From the NCBI GenBank assembly GCA_045544795.1, contig JAZPZR010000281.1:1-12734 (forward strand): a stretch of DNA of 12,734 bases, written 5' to 3'. Positions within the stretch are counted from its first letter, which is position 1. Each line of letters begins with the position of its first letter. The notes beneath the pieces are model-generated. The model ran no database searches and was not told the origin of the DNA. It was given only the letters and a program-made list of their open reading frames with translations. Below, one piece after another: positions 1 to 10,561 of the stretch. Source of the DNA: Eubacteriales bacterium. GTDB lineage: Bacteria > Bacillota > Clostridia > Oscillospirales > QAKW01. The position numbers and the translations under genes were made by a program.

Positions 1-35
1 CGAAATAATTATAAAACACCCCGACAAACTACAAT

Positions 36-854
36 TTACAGATTTTTTATATTCATATGGTTGGGGTGGATATCCTTATAGGTATGCGCGGGTGAGTGGA
101 TGCCGTGCTTTTCAAACTCACCGAGAGATACCTCATACAAAAATACACCGTCATAGTCGGCATTTTCAAGAAGCGTCGCAAGCTCACACCAGTTTATTTT
201 ACCTATTCCCGGCATAAAATGGCACTCATCCTCAAAATCGTAGTCGGAGATATGAAGCGTCACTATCTTATCACCAAGCTCACGCACAAATTCCTCATGA
301 GTGCCGCGCAGAAGGTGGTTTACGTCAAAGCAGACGCGAAGTCTGTCGTCCGCCGACAAAAGCTCCTTCATATCGGCAACGTCCCTGCCAAGACAGGTAC
401 GGGGCAGATCCTCTACCGCAATTACTGCGTTCACCTTCTCTGCGGCATCGCAAAGCGCACGCAGGGATTTTTTTGCCTGCTCCATCTGCGATTTTCTGTC
501 CTCTTCCGCTATCGGCTCGGTCGAGGGATGTACTACCATATATTTTGCGCCGGCGCTTGCCGCCTTTTCAATAAGACGGATATTATTATTCACGACCTCT
601 TGTCTTTTGCCTTCATCGGTATCGGAAATAGTATATTTTCCCGAAAACGGAAGGTGGTATGAGTTTATTTTAACACCCGTTCTTTCGCTTTCGCTCTTTA
701 CCGCATCCCAGTCTATCTCGTCCTCGCGGGAAAAGCGGGGAGACAATTCGACAGCGCCGATGCCCGCCTCCTTAAATGCCTCAAAATCCTTTTGCGAATA
801 GCCTTCTCCGAAATGAATGGAAAGGCCTGTTATCCAGTTTTTATGGTTTGTCAT
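36..854 (-). CDS. Sugar phosphate isomerase/epimerase (xylose isomerase-like TIM-barrel family). The ORF extends to a GTG at 863, but the ATG at 854 is preceded by AAGAGGTGATAATA and is the more likely start.
   Basis: 272-275 aa ORF. Motifs typical of the AP-endonuclease-2/xylose-isomerase-like TIM barrel: GIGAVEL near the N-terminus and HISDYDFEDECHFMPGIGKINW (the metal-binding H-x-D...H...G.G.I-W block). Strong Shine-Dalgarno (AGAGGTGA) 6 nt upstream of ATG 854. Confidence 0.7.
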   Translation of the reverse strand: MTNHKNWITGLSIHFGEGYSQKDFEAFKEAGIGAVELSPRFSREDEIDWDAVKSESERTGVKINSYHLPFSGKYTISDTDEGKRQEVVNNNIRLIEKAASAGAKYMVVHPSTEPIAEEDRKSQMEQAKKSLRALCDAAEKVNAVIAVEDLPRTCLGRDVADMKELLSADDRLRVCFDVNHLLRGTHEEFVRELGDKIVTLHISDYDFEDECHFMPGIGKINWCELATLLENADYDGVFLYEVSLGEFEKHGIHSPAHTYKDIHPNHMNIKNL

Positions 855-874
855 TATTATCACCTCTTGATTAA

Positions 875-903
875 AGTTTAGTTATACGTCTGTGTTTTGT
901 CAA
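875..903 (-). promoter_or_regulatory. Candidate sigma-A promoter for the minus-strand isomerase gene. On the minus strand it reads TTGACA (plus 898-903), a 17-nt spacer, then TAAACT (plus 875-880).
   Basis: Reverse complement of 864-960 reads ...attattaTTGACAaaacacagacgtataacTAAACTttaatcAAGAGGTGataataATG. Consensus -35, 17-nt spacer, 4/6 match at the -10. Confidence 0.4.
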
Positions 904-930
904 TAATAATGTTAAAATTTCTGATTTTCT

Positions 931-959
931 TTGACTTTGCCGATTTACTGTGATAAAAT
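931..959 (+). promoter_or_regulatory. Sigma-A-type promoter of the ATP synthase operon: TTGACT (931-936), 17-nt spacer, extended -10 TGaTAAAAT (951-959).
   Basis: Read directly from the sequence: ttctTTGACTttgccgatttactgTGaTAAAATattc, about 35 nt upstream of the atpI start, in an AT-rich intergenic region shared with the divergent gene. Confidence 0.6.
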
Positions 960-993
960 ATTCTTTGTATAAAATTGGAAAGGAATTGATGGG

Positions 994-1383
994 TTGAAAC
1001 CTGAAAAAGCAGTTATTCAGAATACCTTGTATATTGCGATCTGGCAGGTGATACTGGTAGGTCTTATGCAGGCGGTATATCTTGTGCTTGAAAGATGGAG
1101 CATATCCGTGCTTGCAGGCGCACTTATCGGCAGTTTTACCGCGGTTGCAAACTTTTTTGCAATGGCGATGACGGTGCAAAAGGCGGTGTCGCTTAAGCCA
1201 AAGGATGCGGCGGCAAAGATCAAGCTGTCGCAGATGCTCAGATTCCTTGCTATCATTGTTGTTGCAGTACTCTGCTGTGTCTTTTTTGACCCGATAGCAT
1301 CGCTTATCCCGCTTTTGTTCCCACGTTTTGCAATAATGCTGTACCCGTTATTCAGCAAGAAAAAGGAGGAATCGCAAGAATGA
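994..1383 (+). CDS. atpI: ATP synthase protein I-like small hydrophobic protein (AtpI/AtpZ family). Starts at TTG, which the ORF track translates as M.
   Basis: 129-aa, very hydrophobic protein with about 4 predicted TM segments, placed immediately upstream of atpB with a 4-nt ATGA overlap. Purine-rich GGAAAGGAA sits 8 nt upstream of TTG 994. Position and composition fit the atpI family; the protein has no diagnostic catalytic motif. Confidence 0.55.
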   Translation: MKPEKAVIQNTLYIAIWQVILVGLMQAVYLVLERWSISVLAGALIGSFTAVANFFAMAMTVQKAVSLKPKDAAAKIKLSQMLRFLAIIVVAVLCCVFFDPIASLIPLLFPRFAIMLYPLFSKKKEESQE

Positions 1384-2285
1384 AGACAAAAAGCCGTCGG
1401 TTTATAGCAGTTGATGTATTGCTTATACTTCTGACGGTGCTCCCGTTTATAGTCGGTATACTGCTCAAGATTCTGACCTCGCCTGCAACGTCGGGCGTCA
1501 GTATTACGGGCGCGCAGGTATATTTCACAATACCCATGCCGATACAGGATCTGCCAGTTTCTTCGGCGCAGATAAATTCACTGCTTGTAATGATGTCTAT
1601 ATTTTGGCTTTGCCTTTTTATGACTCACGGTATGAGCGTAAAAACACCTACCCGCCGTCAGCTTCTGGCTGAATGGGCGGTGAAAACGCTTGATAAGCTG
1701 ACACATGAGAACATGGGCGAATATTTTGCAGGTTACGCGCCTTTTGTAGGTGCTATCCTTGTGTTATCGGCGTTTTCCAGTCTTTCGTCCCTTTTGGGAA
1801 TTTTCCCGCCGACGTCGGACCTTAACGTTGTAGCAGGCTGGGCAATACTTGTATTTATTCTGCTTACTTACTACAAACTCAAGGGCGGGCTTTTCAATTA
1901 TCTTAAGGGTTTTACCGAGCCGATATTTATTATGACTCCGCTGAACGTTATAGGCGAGGTGGCAACGCCGGTGTCAATGGCGTTCCGTCATTACGGCAAC
2001 GTGCTGTCAGGCTCTATCATCGGTGTTCTTATTGCAACGGCGTTACAAGGCCTGTCAAGGCTGGTGCTCGGTTGGTTGCCTGAGGTACTTAGCGGGGTGC
2101 CGCTTTTACAGATAGGTCTTCCCGGAATACTGTCGCTTTATTTTGACGTATTCAGCAGTTGTATACAGGCATACATCTTTGCAATGCTGACAATGCTCAA
2201 CATTTCGGGTGCGTTCCCGCAGGAAGAGTATGAAAAGCGTATGCAGAAAAAATTAAACAGAAAAAATAAAAAGCAAATAAGCTAA
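1380..2285 (+). CDS. atpB: F0 ATP synthase subunit a
   Basis: 301-aa polytopic membrane protein. Conserved stator arginine context [15 protein letters not shown] (compare LRLFGNMFAGE in other subunit a sequences). RBS AAGGAGGA is about 10 nt upstream. The start overlaps the atpI stop as ATGA (1380-1383). The N-terminus is about 50-60 aa longer than the ~240-aa subunit a of Bacillus. Confidence 0.85.
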   Translation: MKTKSRRFIAVDVLLILLTVLPFIVGILLKILTSPATSGVSITGAQVYFTIPMPIQDLPVSSAQINSLLVMMSIFWLCLFMTHGMSVKTPTRRQLLAEWAVKTLDKLTHENMGEYFAGYAPFVGAILVLSAFSSLSSLLGIFPPTSDLNVVAGWAILVFILLTYYKLKGGLFNYLKGFTEPIFIMTPLNVIGEVATPVSMAFRHYGNVLSGSIIGVLIATALQGLSRLVLGWLPEVLSGVPLLQIGLPGILSLYFDVFSSCIQAYIFAMLTMLNISGAFPQEEYEKRMQKKLNRKNKKQIS

Positions 2286-2299
2286 CGGAGGAAAAAATT

Positions 2300-2584
2300 A
2301 TGGAACTTGCAATTGGTATTATTTTAGGTTGTTGTGCACTCGGCGCAGGTATATGTATGGGTGCAGGAGCTATCGGTCCCGGTGTCGGTGAAGGTAACGC
2401 CGTAGCAAAGGCGTGTGAGGCTATCGGACGTCAGCCTGAGAGCAAAAGCTCGGTTACTTCAACCATGATCATGGGGTGTGCTATTGCGGAAACTACGGGC
2501 ATTTACGCGCTCGTTATCGCGATCCTTCTCATTTTCGTTGCACCCGGTATCCTGGTCAACGTACTTAAAAACGCACTTATGTAA
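2300..2584 (+). CDS. atpE: F0 ATP synthase subunit c (proteolipid). Carries an E...ETTGIY ion-binding signature.
   Basis: 94-aa hairpin protein [25 protein letters not shown]...[26 protein letters not shown]. It aligns nearly residue-for-residue with the Ilyobacter tartaricus c-subunit ([24 protein letters not shown]...AESTGIYSLVIALILLY). RBS GGAGGA. Confidence 0.9.
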   Translation: MELAIGIILGCCALGAGICMGAGAIGPGVGEGNAVAKACEAIGRQPESKSSVTSTMIMGCAIAETTGIYALVIAILLIFVAPGILVNVLKNALM

Positions 2585-2595
2585 GAGGATAAAAT

Positions 2596-3094
2596 ATGCA
2601 GACACTCGATATTATTTCGGTCAATCTGTGGCAGATACTGATATCGCTTGCAAACCTGCTTATAATTTTTCTCATTGTAAAGCGCTTTCTTTATAAGCCT
2701 GTCAAAAACATAATGGCAAAACGACGGGCGGAGATCGACGCGCAGTATCAGGCGGCAGCTGAGGCTGAGAAAAACGCAAACGAGAGTAAGGCGGAGTGGG
2801 AAAAACAGCTTTCCACCGCACGTGAGCAGGCTGACGGTATTATTAGTACAGCTACGGCAAATGCTGACAGACGCTCTGAAACCATTATAACAGAGGCGAA
2901 GGATAAGGCGGCTCATATCGTCAAAAAGGCGGAAGAGGATGCGGTTCTTACAAAGAAAAAGGCGGAGGCGGAGATTCGCCGCGAGGTTGCGGATATCTCT
3001 GTAGCGCTTGCTGAAAAAATGCTTGAGCGCGAGATAGATGCTGACGACCACCGCGACCTTATTGATTCTGTTATTGAGAAAATAGGTGATGGCG

Positions 3095-3111
<17 letters not shown>
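2596..3111 (+). CDS. atpF: F0 ATP synthase subunit b
   Basis: 171 aa. N-terminal TM helix (ILISLANLLIIFLIV) followed by a long charged, Ala/Glu/Lys-rich coiled-coil, as expected for subunit b. RBS AAGAGGA. Position between atpE and atpH. Confidence 0.85.
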
Positions 3112-5109
<1,998 letters not shown>

Positions 5110-5114
5110 TGTAA

Positions 5115-5909
5115 GTGGCTGACATGAAACAGCTTCGCACCCGCATAAAGAGTGTTGACTCGACCCTTCATCTTACAAAGGCGATGGGGCTTGTCGCATC
5201 GTCAAAGATACGGCGCGCAGGCATTGCCATGAACAAGTCGCGCGATTATCTTGACGCGATAAACGGCATCATGGGTGACCTCACGTCTTCTGTTGAATGT
5301 AAAGACTCGCCTTTTATGCAAAAGCGCGGTGAGCGTGTGCGTGTTATCGTCATCGCAGGTGACAGAGGGCTTGCGGGCGGTTATAATGCAAACGTTTTCC
5401 GTCTTGTAAAGGAAATGGGCTATTCGGATATAGTTGCTATAGGCAAGCGGGCGTGTGACCGTTATGATACGCAGTTTTATTCGTCCGAGCATTTTGGCGC
5501 GGGTGATGCCGACAAGATGGCAAGAACGCTTATTGCGGACTATCTTGCGGGTGAGTTTGACAGACTGTGCATCGTATCGACAAAATACGTTTCCATGATG
5601 ACGCAGACGGCGCAGGTTACAGAGGTCTTGCCGCTTGAAAGGTCGGAAGGCTCTGCATCTGCTACGATTTTTGAGCCTGACCGCGAAACGATACTTGATT
5701 CTGCGGTGCAGGAGTACGTTGCGGGAAATATTGCGCATGCGGTAAGAGAGAGCTTTGCATCGGAGGTTGCGGCGCGCAGAATGGCTATGGATTCGGCGGG
5801 CAAAAACGCGCAGACGATGATAGACGAGCTTACTATTGAGTACAACACTGCACGTCAGGGTGCAATAACACAGGAAATCACTGAAATCGTTGCAGGAAGC
5901 GGCAACTGA
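5115..5909 (+). CDS. atpG: F1 ATP synthase subunit gamma. GTG start at 5115 has GAGGTGA 5 nt upstream; an alternative ATG at 5124 is possible.
   Basis: 264 aa. N-terminal (MADM)KQLRTRIKSVDSTLHLTKAMGLVASSKIRRA matches the gamma N-terminal helix (LRDIK.RI.S...T.KITKAMQMVAASKL). C-terminal helix NTARQGAITQEITEIVAGS. Position between alpha and beta. Shorter than the usual ~285 aa. Confidence 0.85.
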   Translation: MADMKQLRTRIKSVDSTLHLTKAMGLVASSKIRRAGIAMNKSRDYLDAINGIMGDLTSSVECKDSPFMQKRGERVRVIVIAGDRGLAGGYNANVFRLVKEMGYSDIVAIGKRACDRYDTQFYSSEHFGAGDADKMARTLIADYLAGEFDRLCIVSTKYVSMMTQTAQVTEVLPLERSEGSASATIFEPDRETILDSAVQEYVAGNIAHAVRESFASEVAARRMAMDSAGKNAQTMIDELTIEYNTARQGAITQEITEIVAGSGN

Positions 5910-7331
<1,422 letters not shown>

Positions 7332-7334
7332 TTT

Positions 7335-7592
7335 ATGAACACCTTTAAGCTTTCGGTTACCTCGCCTGACGGCAAAAGCTTTTCGGGCGACGCGGTAATG
7401 CTGACTGTTCGCGGAGCAGAGGGTGAGCTTGCCGTAATGGCAGGCCACGTACCCTTTGTTACGGCAATAAAGCCGTGCACCGTTAAGATCGTTACAGAGG
7501 ACGGCGAGATACTTGCTGACGTCGGCGGGGGGCTGTTATCTGTTTCAAAGGATGAAACGCTGTTGCTTTCGTCCAGCTATAAAACAAAGTAA
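7335..7592 (+). CDS. atpC: F1 ATP synthase subunit epsilon, N-terminal beta-sandwich domain only (85 aa; the C-terminal helical hairpin is absent)
   Basis: Starts 3 nt after the atpD stop with RBS AAGGAG. The sequence MNTFKLSVTSPDGKSFSGDAVMLTVRGAEGELAVMAGHVPFVTAIKPCTVKIV matches the epsilon N-terminal domain (..L.IVTP.G..F.G.V..V..P...GE.GILPGH.P.LT.LKPG.V.I). TAA stop at 7590-7592; the next ORF, in another frame, is a transporter. Confidence 0.8.
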   Translation: MNTFKLSVTSPDGKSFSGDAVMLTVRGAEGELAVMAGHVPFVTAIKPCTVKIVTEDGEILADVGGGLLSVSKDETLLLSSSYKTK

Positions 7593-7616
7593 ATAAAAAA
7601 TCAGGGGGACAAAAAC

Positions 7617-9059
7617 ATGAGTAACGGACTTGTTTACGACGTTCACGACAAGCCAAAGTTTTCACATCTTTTAGTATTTGCCATTCAGCAGGTGCTTGCT
7701 ATCCTTGCGGCAACCATTGCCGTGCCTACCATTATCGGACTGCCCGCGCAGATTCCGTCGGCAATCCTCGGCGCAGGCATCGGTACGCTTATCTATCAGC
7801 TTCTGACAAAGTTTAAAAGCCCCGTATTCCTCGGCAGTTCATTTGCATTTTTAAGCTCGCTCGGCGTTGCCGTTGCATACGGCTACTGCGGTATTATCGT
7901 CGGCTCTGTCGTTGCAGGTCTTGTATACGTAGTGCTTGCAACACTTATTCATTTTGTCGGTACAGGCTGGGTGGACAAGCTTATGCCGCCCGTTATCATC
8001 GGACCGACGGTTGCTCTTATCGGTCTTTCGCTTGCGGGGAATGCAATGGGTGATATTACAAAGGCAAACGCATCGCAGATAAACGGCGGCTACAACCTCG
8101 CAGCACTCCTTTGCGGTCTTATTGCATTTTTTGTTATCATTATTTGTTCAACGCAGAAAAAGTACACCATGCCCCGCCTTATTCCGTTTATCCTCGGTAT
8201 ACTGGCAGGCTATGCGGCGGCTGCCATCTTTACCGCGATCGGTATGGCGGCGGGTCTTGATTACCTCAAAATAATCGACTTTTCACCTATCGTAAACAAT
8301 TTCTATAATGCTGACGGCACCTTCCGCGGTCTTAAGGCTTTTGTGGACTATCCGCACTTTGCGTTTATCGGCGCGATAAAGGAAATAATGACAGGCAATA
8401 TGTCGCCTGAGATCCTTGCGGCATCATCAGATGCGACAAGACTTACGGCATCGGGTATTGCAGAGGTCGTTATCGCATTTTTACCCGTTGCTCTCGTTGT
8501 ATTTGCAGAGCATATTGCCGATCACAAAAACCTCTCTTCAATTATAGGTAAAGACCTCATTAAAGAGCCGGGTCTTAAGAGAACGCTTCTCGGTGACGGT
8601 ATCGGTTCTATCGCGGGTACAGTCTTCGGTATCTGCCCCAACACCACCTACGGTGAGTCGGTCGGCTGTGTCGCTATCACAAAGAACGCGTCTGTTGTGA
8701 CAATAACCGTTACTGCATTTATGTGCATCATTCTTTCGTTTATCAGTCCTGTCATGGCTGTGCTTCAGACTATACCCTCATGCGTAATGGGCGGTGTATG
8801 TCTTACGCTTTACGGCTTTATCGCAGTATCGGGTCTTAAAATGTTCAAGGACCTCGACCTTAACGAGAATAAAAACCTGTTCGTTGTAGCGGCTGTACTC
8901 ATTTCGGGTATCGGCGGTCTTACTATCAAGATTCCCTACGCGATCTCCGGCGCAGGCGAGATAACAAACGTTATTCAGATAACCTCTATCGCAACCGCGC
9001 TTATAATCGGTATAGTTACAAACTACGTACTTTCCAGGTTTGATAAAAAGGATAAGTAA
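7617..9059 (+). CDS. NCS2-family nucleobase:cation symporter (uracil/xanthine permease, UraA/PyrP-like)
   Basis: 480-aa polytopic membrane protein. TM8-type motif FAEHIADH and TM10-type motif NTTYGESVGCVAIT (compare UraA NTTYGENIGVMAIT), both diagnostic of the NCS2/COG2233 family. RBS AGGGGGA about 7 nt upstream of the ATG. Confidence 0.8.
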   Translation: MSNGLVYDVHDKPKFSHLLVFAIQQVLAILAATIAVPTIIGLPAQIPSAILGAGIGTLIYQLLTKFKSPVFLGSSFAFLSSLGVAVAYGYCGIIVGSVVAGLVYVVLATLIHFVGTGWVDKLMPPVIIGPTVALIGLSLAGNAMGDITKANASQINGGYNLAALLCGLIAFFVIIICSTQKKYTMPRLIPFILGILAGYAAAAIFTAIGMAAGLDYLKIIDFSPIVNNFYNADGTFRGLKAFVDYPHFAFIGAIKEIMTGNMSPEILAASSDATRLTASGIAEVVIAFLPVALVVFAEHIADHKNLSSIIGKDLIKEPGLKRTLLGDGIGSIAGTVFGICPNTTYGESVGCVAITKNASVVTITVTAFMCIILSFISPVMAVLQTIPSCVMGGVCLTLYGFIAVSGLKMFKDLDLNENKNLFVVAAVLISGIGGLTIKIPYAISGAGEITNVIQITSIATALIIGIVTNYVLSRFDKKDK

Positions 9060-9062
9060 ATA

Positions 9063-9097
9063 AAAGGGAAATATCGATAATTCGATATTTCCCTTTT
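9063..9097. terminator. Bidirectional Rho-independent terminator between convergent genes. Perfect 15-bp stem (9063-9077 / 9082-9096) with a 4-nt loop, flanked by T-runs on both strands.
   Basis: AAAGGGAAATATCGA-taat-TCGATATTTCCCTTT followed by T/AAAA on the plus strand. On the minus strand the reverse complement is followed by TTTTATTT. Confidence 0.7.
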
Positions 9098-9101
9098 AAA
9101 A

Positions 9102-9869
9102 TCACAGCATAATACTGTCGCTCGCGCTGATGTAGTTCAGTCGCGGCATATACTTTTTCATAAACTCATACTGCTCTTCGCCTGTACAGTGGCAGGTGTA
9201 AAAATCGGTATCAAAGCAGGCAAGATATTCAGCATACCCCTTAAGCGTGTCGTCAAGCGGCAGCTTTGAAAAATGAAAACCGCCGACAAGAGCCTTTGGT
9301 TCAAACCACTTAGCAATATTTAAAATGCCCTTGTGCGAGCATCCGCTTATAAGCACGCTATTCTCTATAAGAAGATACTGCTCATGCAAAAAGCGGTCGG
9401 GGATAAACCCATTTTCCGTCTTTTCCGTAAGTCCGAAGCTGCCGAGGTCGTGTATGCGCTTTTCTCCGTTGCAGGAAAAAAGGGTAAGCCCGCTTTCTAT
9501 TTCATATGTGTCATCTGTAAAAACAAGCCTGTCGCTGTTTTTAAGCGAGATGTCAAGGCCGATATATTTTTCGGTACCGTTAAAATAAGGTAAAAACGCC
9601 TGCTTTGAGATATAGACGGGCGCTTTTTTATTTATATCAAGAAATTTTGCAAGGCCGCCGCCGTGGTCATAGTGTCCGTGCGACAAAACCGCGATATCAA
9701 CCTCACTTAAATCAATGCCGAGAGCCGCCGCATTTTTTGAAAACAGCTCCGTCTGCCCCATATCAAATAAGATCCTGCGTTTTTCCGTCTCAATATAAAG
9801 ACACAGTCCGTGCTCCGAACCTATTCCGTCTTTTTTTGACCTGTTTTCGATAATTGCAGTAATTTTCAT
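9102..9869 (-). CDS. MBL-fold metallo-hydrolase (COG1237-like beta-lactamase-superfamily metal-dependent hydrolase)
   Basis: 255 aa. N-terminus MKITAIIEN....EHGLCLYIETEKRRILFDMGQ and the metal-binding motif HGHYDHGGG (HxHxDH) are typical of this family. RBS AGAGGGTGA lies 6 nt upstream of the ATG (revcomp of 9867-9869). Confidence 0.8.
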   Translation of the reverse strand: MKITAIIENRSKKDGIGSEHGLCLYIETEKRRILFDMGQTELFSKNAAALGIDLSEVDIAVLSHGHYDHGGGLAKFLDINKKAPVYISKQAFLPYFNGTEKYIGLDISLKNSDRLVFTDDTYEIESGLTLFSCNGEKRIHDLGSFGLTEKTENGFIPDRFLHEQYLLIENSVLISGCSHKGILNIAKWFEPKALVGGFHFSKLPLDDTLKGYAEYLACFDTDFYTCHCTGEEQYEFMKKYMPRLNYISASDSIML

Positions 9870-9949
9870 AACGATTCACCCTCTTTATCAATACTTTATC
9901 ACCTTTTGAACTTTTTTTCAAATATTTTTAAAAAATCACAGGAACCCTC

Positions 9950-9978
9950 TTGACAGTCACATGACCATGTGGTATTAT
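9950..9978 (+). promoter_or_regulatory. Near-consensus sigma-A promoter of the HTH-NfeD-flotillin unit: TTGACA (9950-9955), 17-nt spacer, extended -10 TGgTATTAT (9970-9978). An A/T-rich UP-like tract lies upstream (9910-9938).
   Basis: ccctcTTGACAgtcacatgaccatgTGgTATTATaataat, 32 nt upstream of the ATG at 10011. Downstream RBS GGAGGTGA. Confidence 0.65.
9958..9971. promoter_or_regulatory. Perfect inverted repeat CACATG-ac-CATGTG inside the promoter spacer; candidate operator
   Basis: Read directly: 9958-9963 CACATG, 9966-9971 CATGTG (its reverse complement), 2-bp spacer. It lies wholly between the -35 and -10 hexamers of the promoter above. Confidence 0.45.
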
Positions 9979-10010
9979 AATAATACAAACCACGGCGGAG
10001 GTGAAAAGGC

Positions 10011-10550
10011 ATGGCAAATACTTATCCCGGAACTGAGATTGAGGTCCTCTCTTTGAAAAAAGGGGATTCGAGAAAGCTGTTTGACGGCGTGTTTGCCGCA
10101 GGCGGAATAACTCTGTCGCAGGTTTGCAACATGACGGGGCTTGAACCGTATACTGTACAGAACTGGGTCAAGCGTAAGTACGTAACGTCACCCGTTAAAA
10201 AGCTCTACTCAAAAGAGCAATTTGCGCGTATAGTCATTATCAATATGCTTCGCGAGTCGTTGCAGATAGAGTCTATAAGCAATCTGATACATATCATCGG
10301 CGGTGAGCCTGATGATAAAACTGATGACCTTATAAGCGACGACGAGCTTTACCATCGCTACGTCGATATGGTCGCATGCAATCAAAAAGACGAGGGCGGG
10401 GATATAGTGGCGCGCGCCGCTGCCGCGGCTGAGGGCTTTTTGGGGATTGAGGGCGACAAGCTTTCAAGGATATTACAGGTCATGTTTTACGCACACTCTG
10501 CGTCTCTTATAAAAGAGCGCGCAAGAGAGATACTTTCAACGTTAGACTAG
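10011..10550 (+). CDS. MerR-like helix-turn-helix protein, DUF1836-like (putative transcriptional regulator)
   Basis: 179 aa. The segment GITLSQVCNMTGLEPYTVQNWVKRKYVTSPVKKLYSKEQFARIVIINMLRESLQI has the MerR-type HTH pattern (h..sevs..tGl...tlq.Wvkrg.v) seen in the Firmicutes DUF1836 family. Family assignment is from memory of that pattern and not verified. RBS GGAGGTGA. Confidence 0.55.
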   Translation: MANTYPGTEIEVLSLKKGDSRKLFDGVFAAGGITLSQVCNMTGLEPYTVQNWVKRKYVTSPVKKLYSKEQFARIVIINMLRESLQIESISNLIHIIGGEPDDKTDDLISDDELYHRYVDMVACNQKDEGGDIVARAAAAAEGFLGIEGDKLSRILQVMFYAHSASLIKERAREILSTLD

Positions 10551-10561
10551 GGGGATTTTTT

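Noticed and set aside
96-801. Plus-strand ORFs (96..662, 301..801) opposite the sugar-phosphate isomerase gene
   Set aside because: Both lie antisense inside a well-supported minus-strand CDS and are themselves mutually overlapping. Neither has a domain signature or a ribosome-binding site.
871-1179. 102-aa minus-strand ORF spanning the atp promoter region and atpI
   Set aside because: It runs through the divergent promoter region and antisense into atpI. The His/Arg/Lys-rich composition is typical of antisense translation of AT-rich DNA; there is no RBS.
1697-1712. Partial CACATG...CATGGG motif inside atpB resembling the promoter palindrome
   Set aside because: Only one half-site matches exactly, the spacing differs (4 nt), and it lies inside the coding sequence. 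Most likely a chance occurrence, not a second operator.
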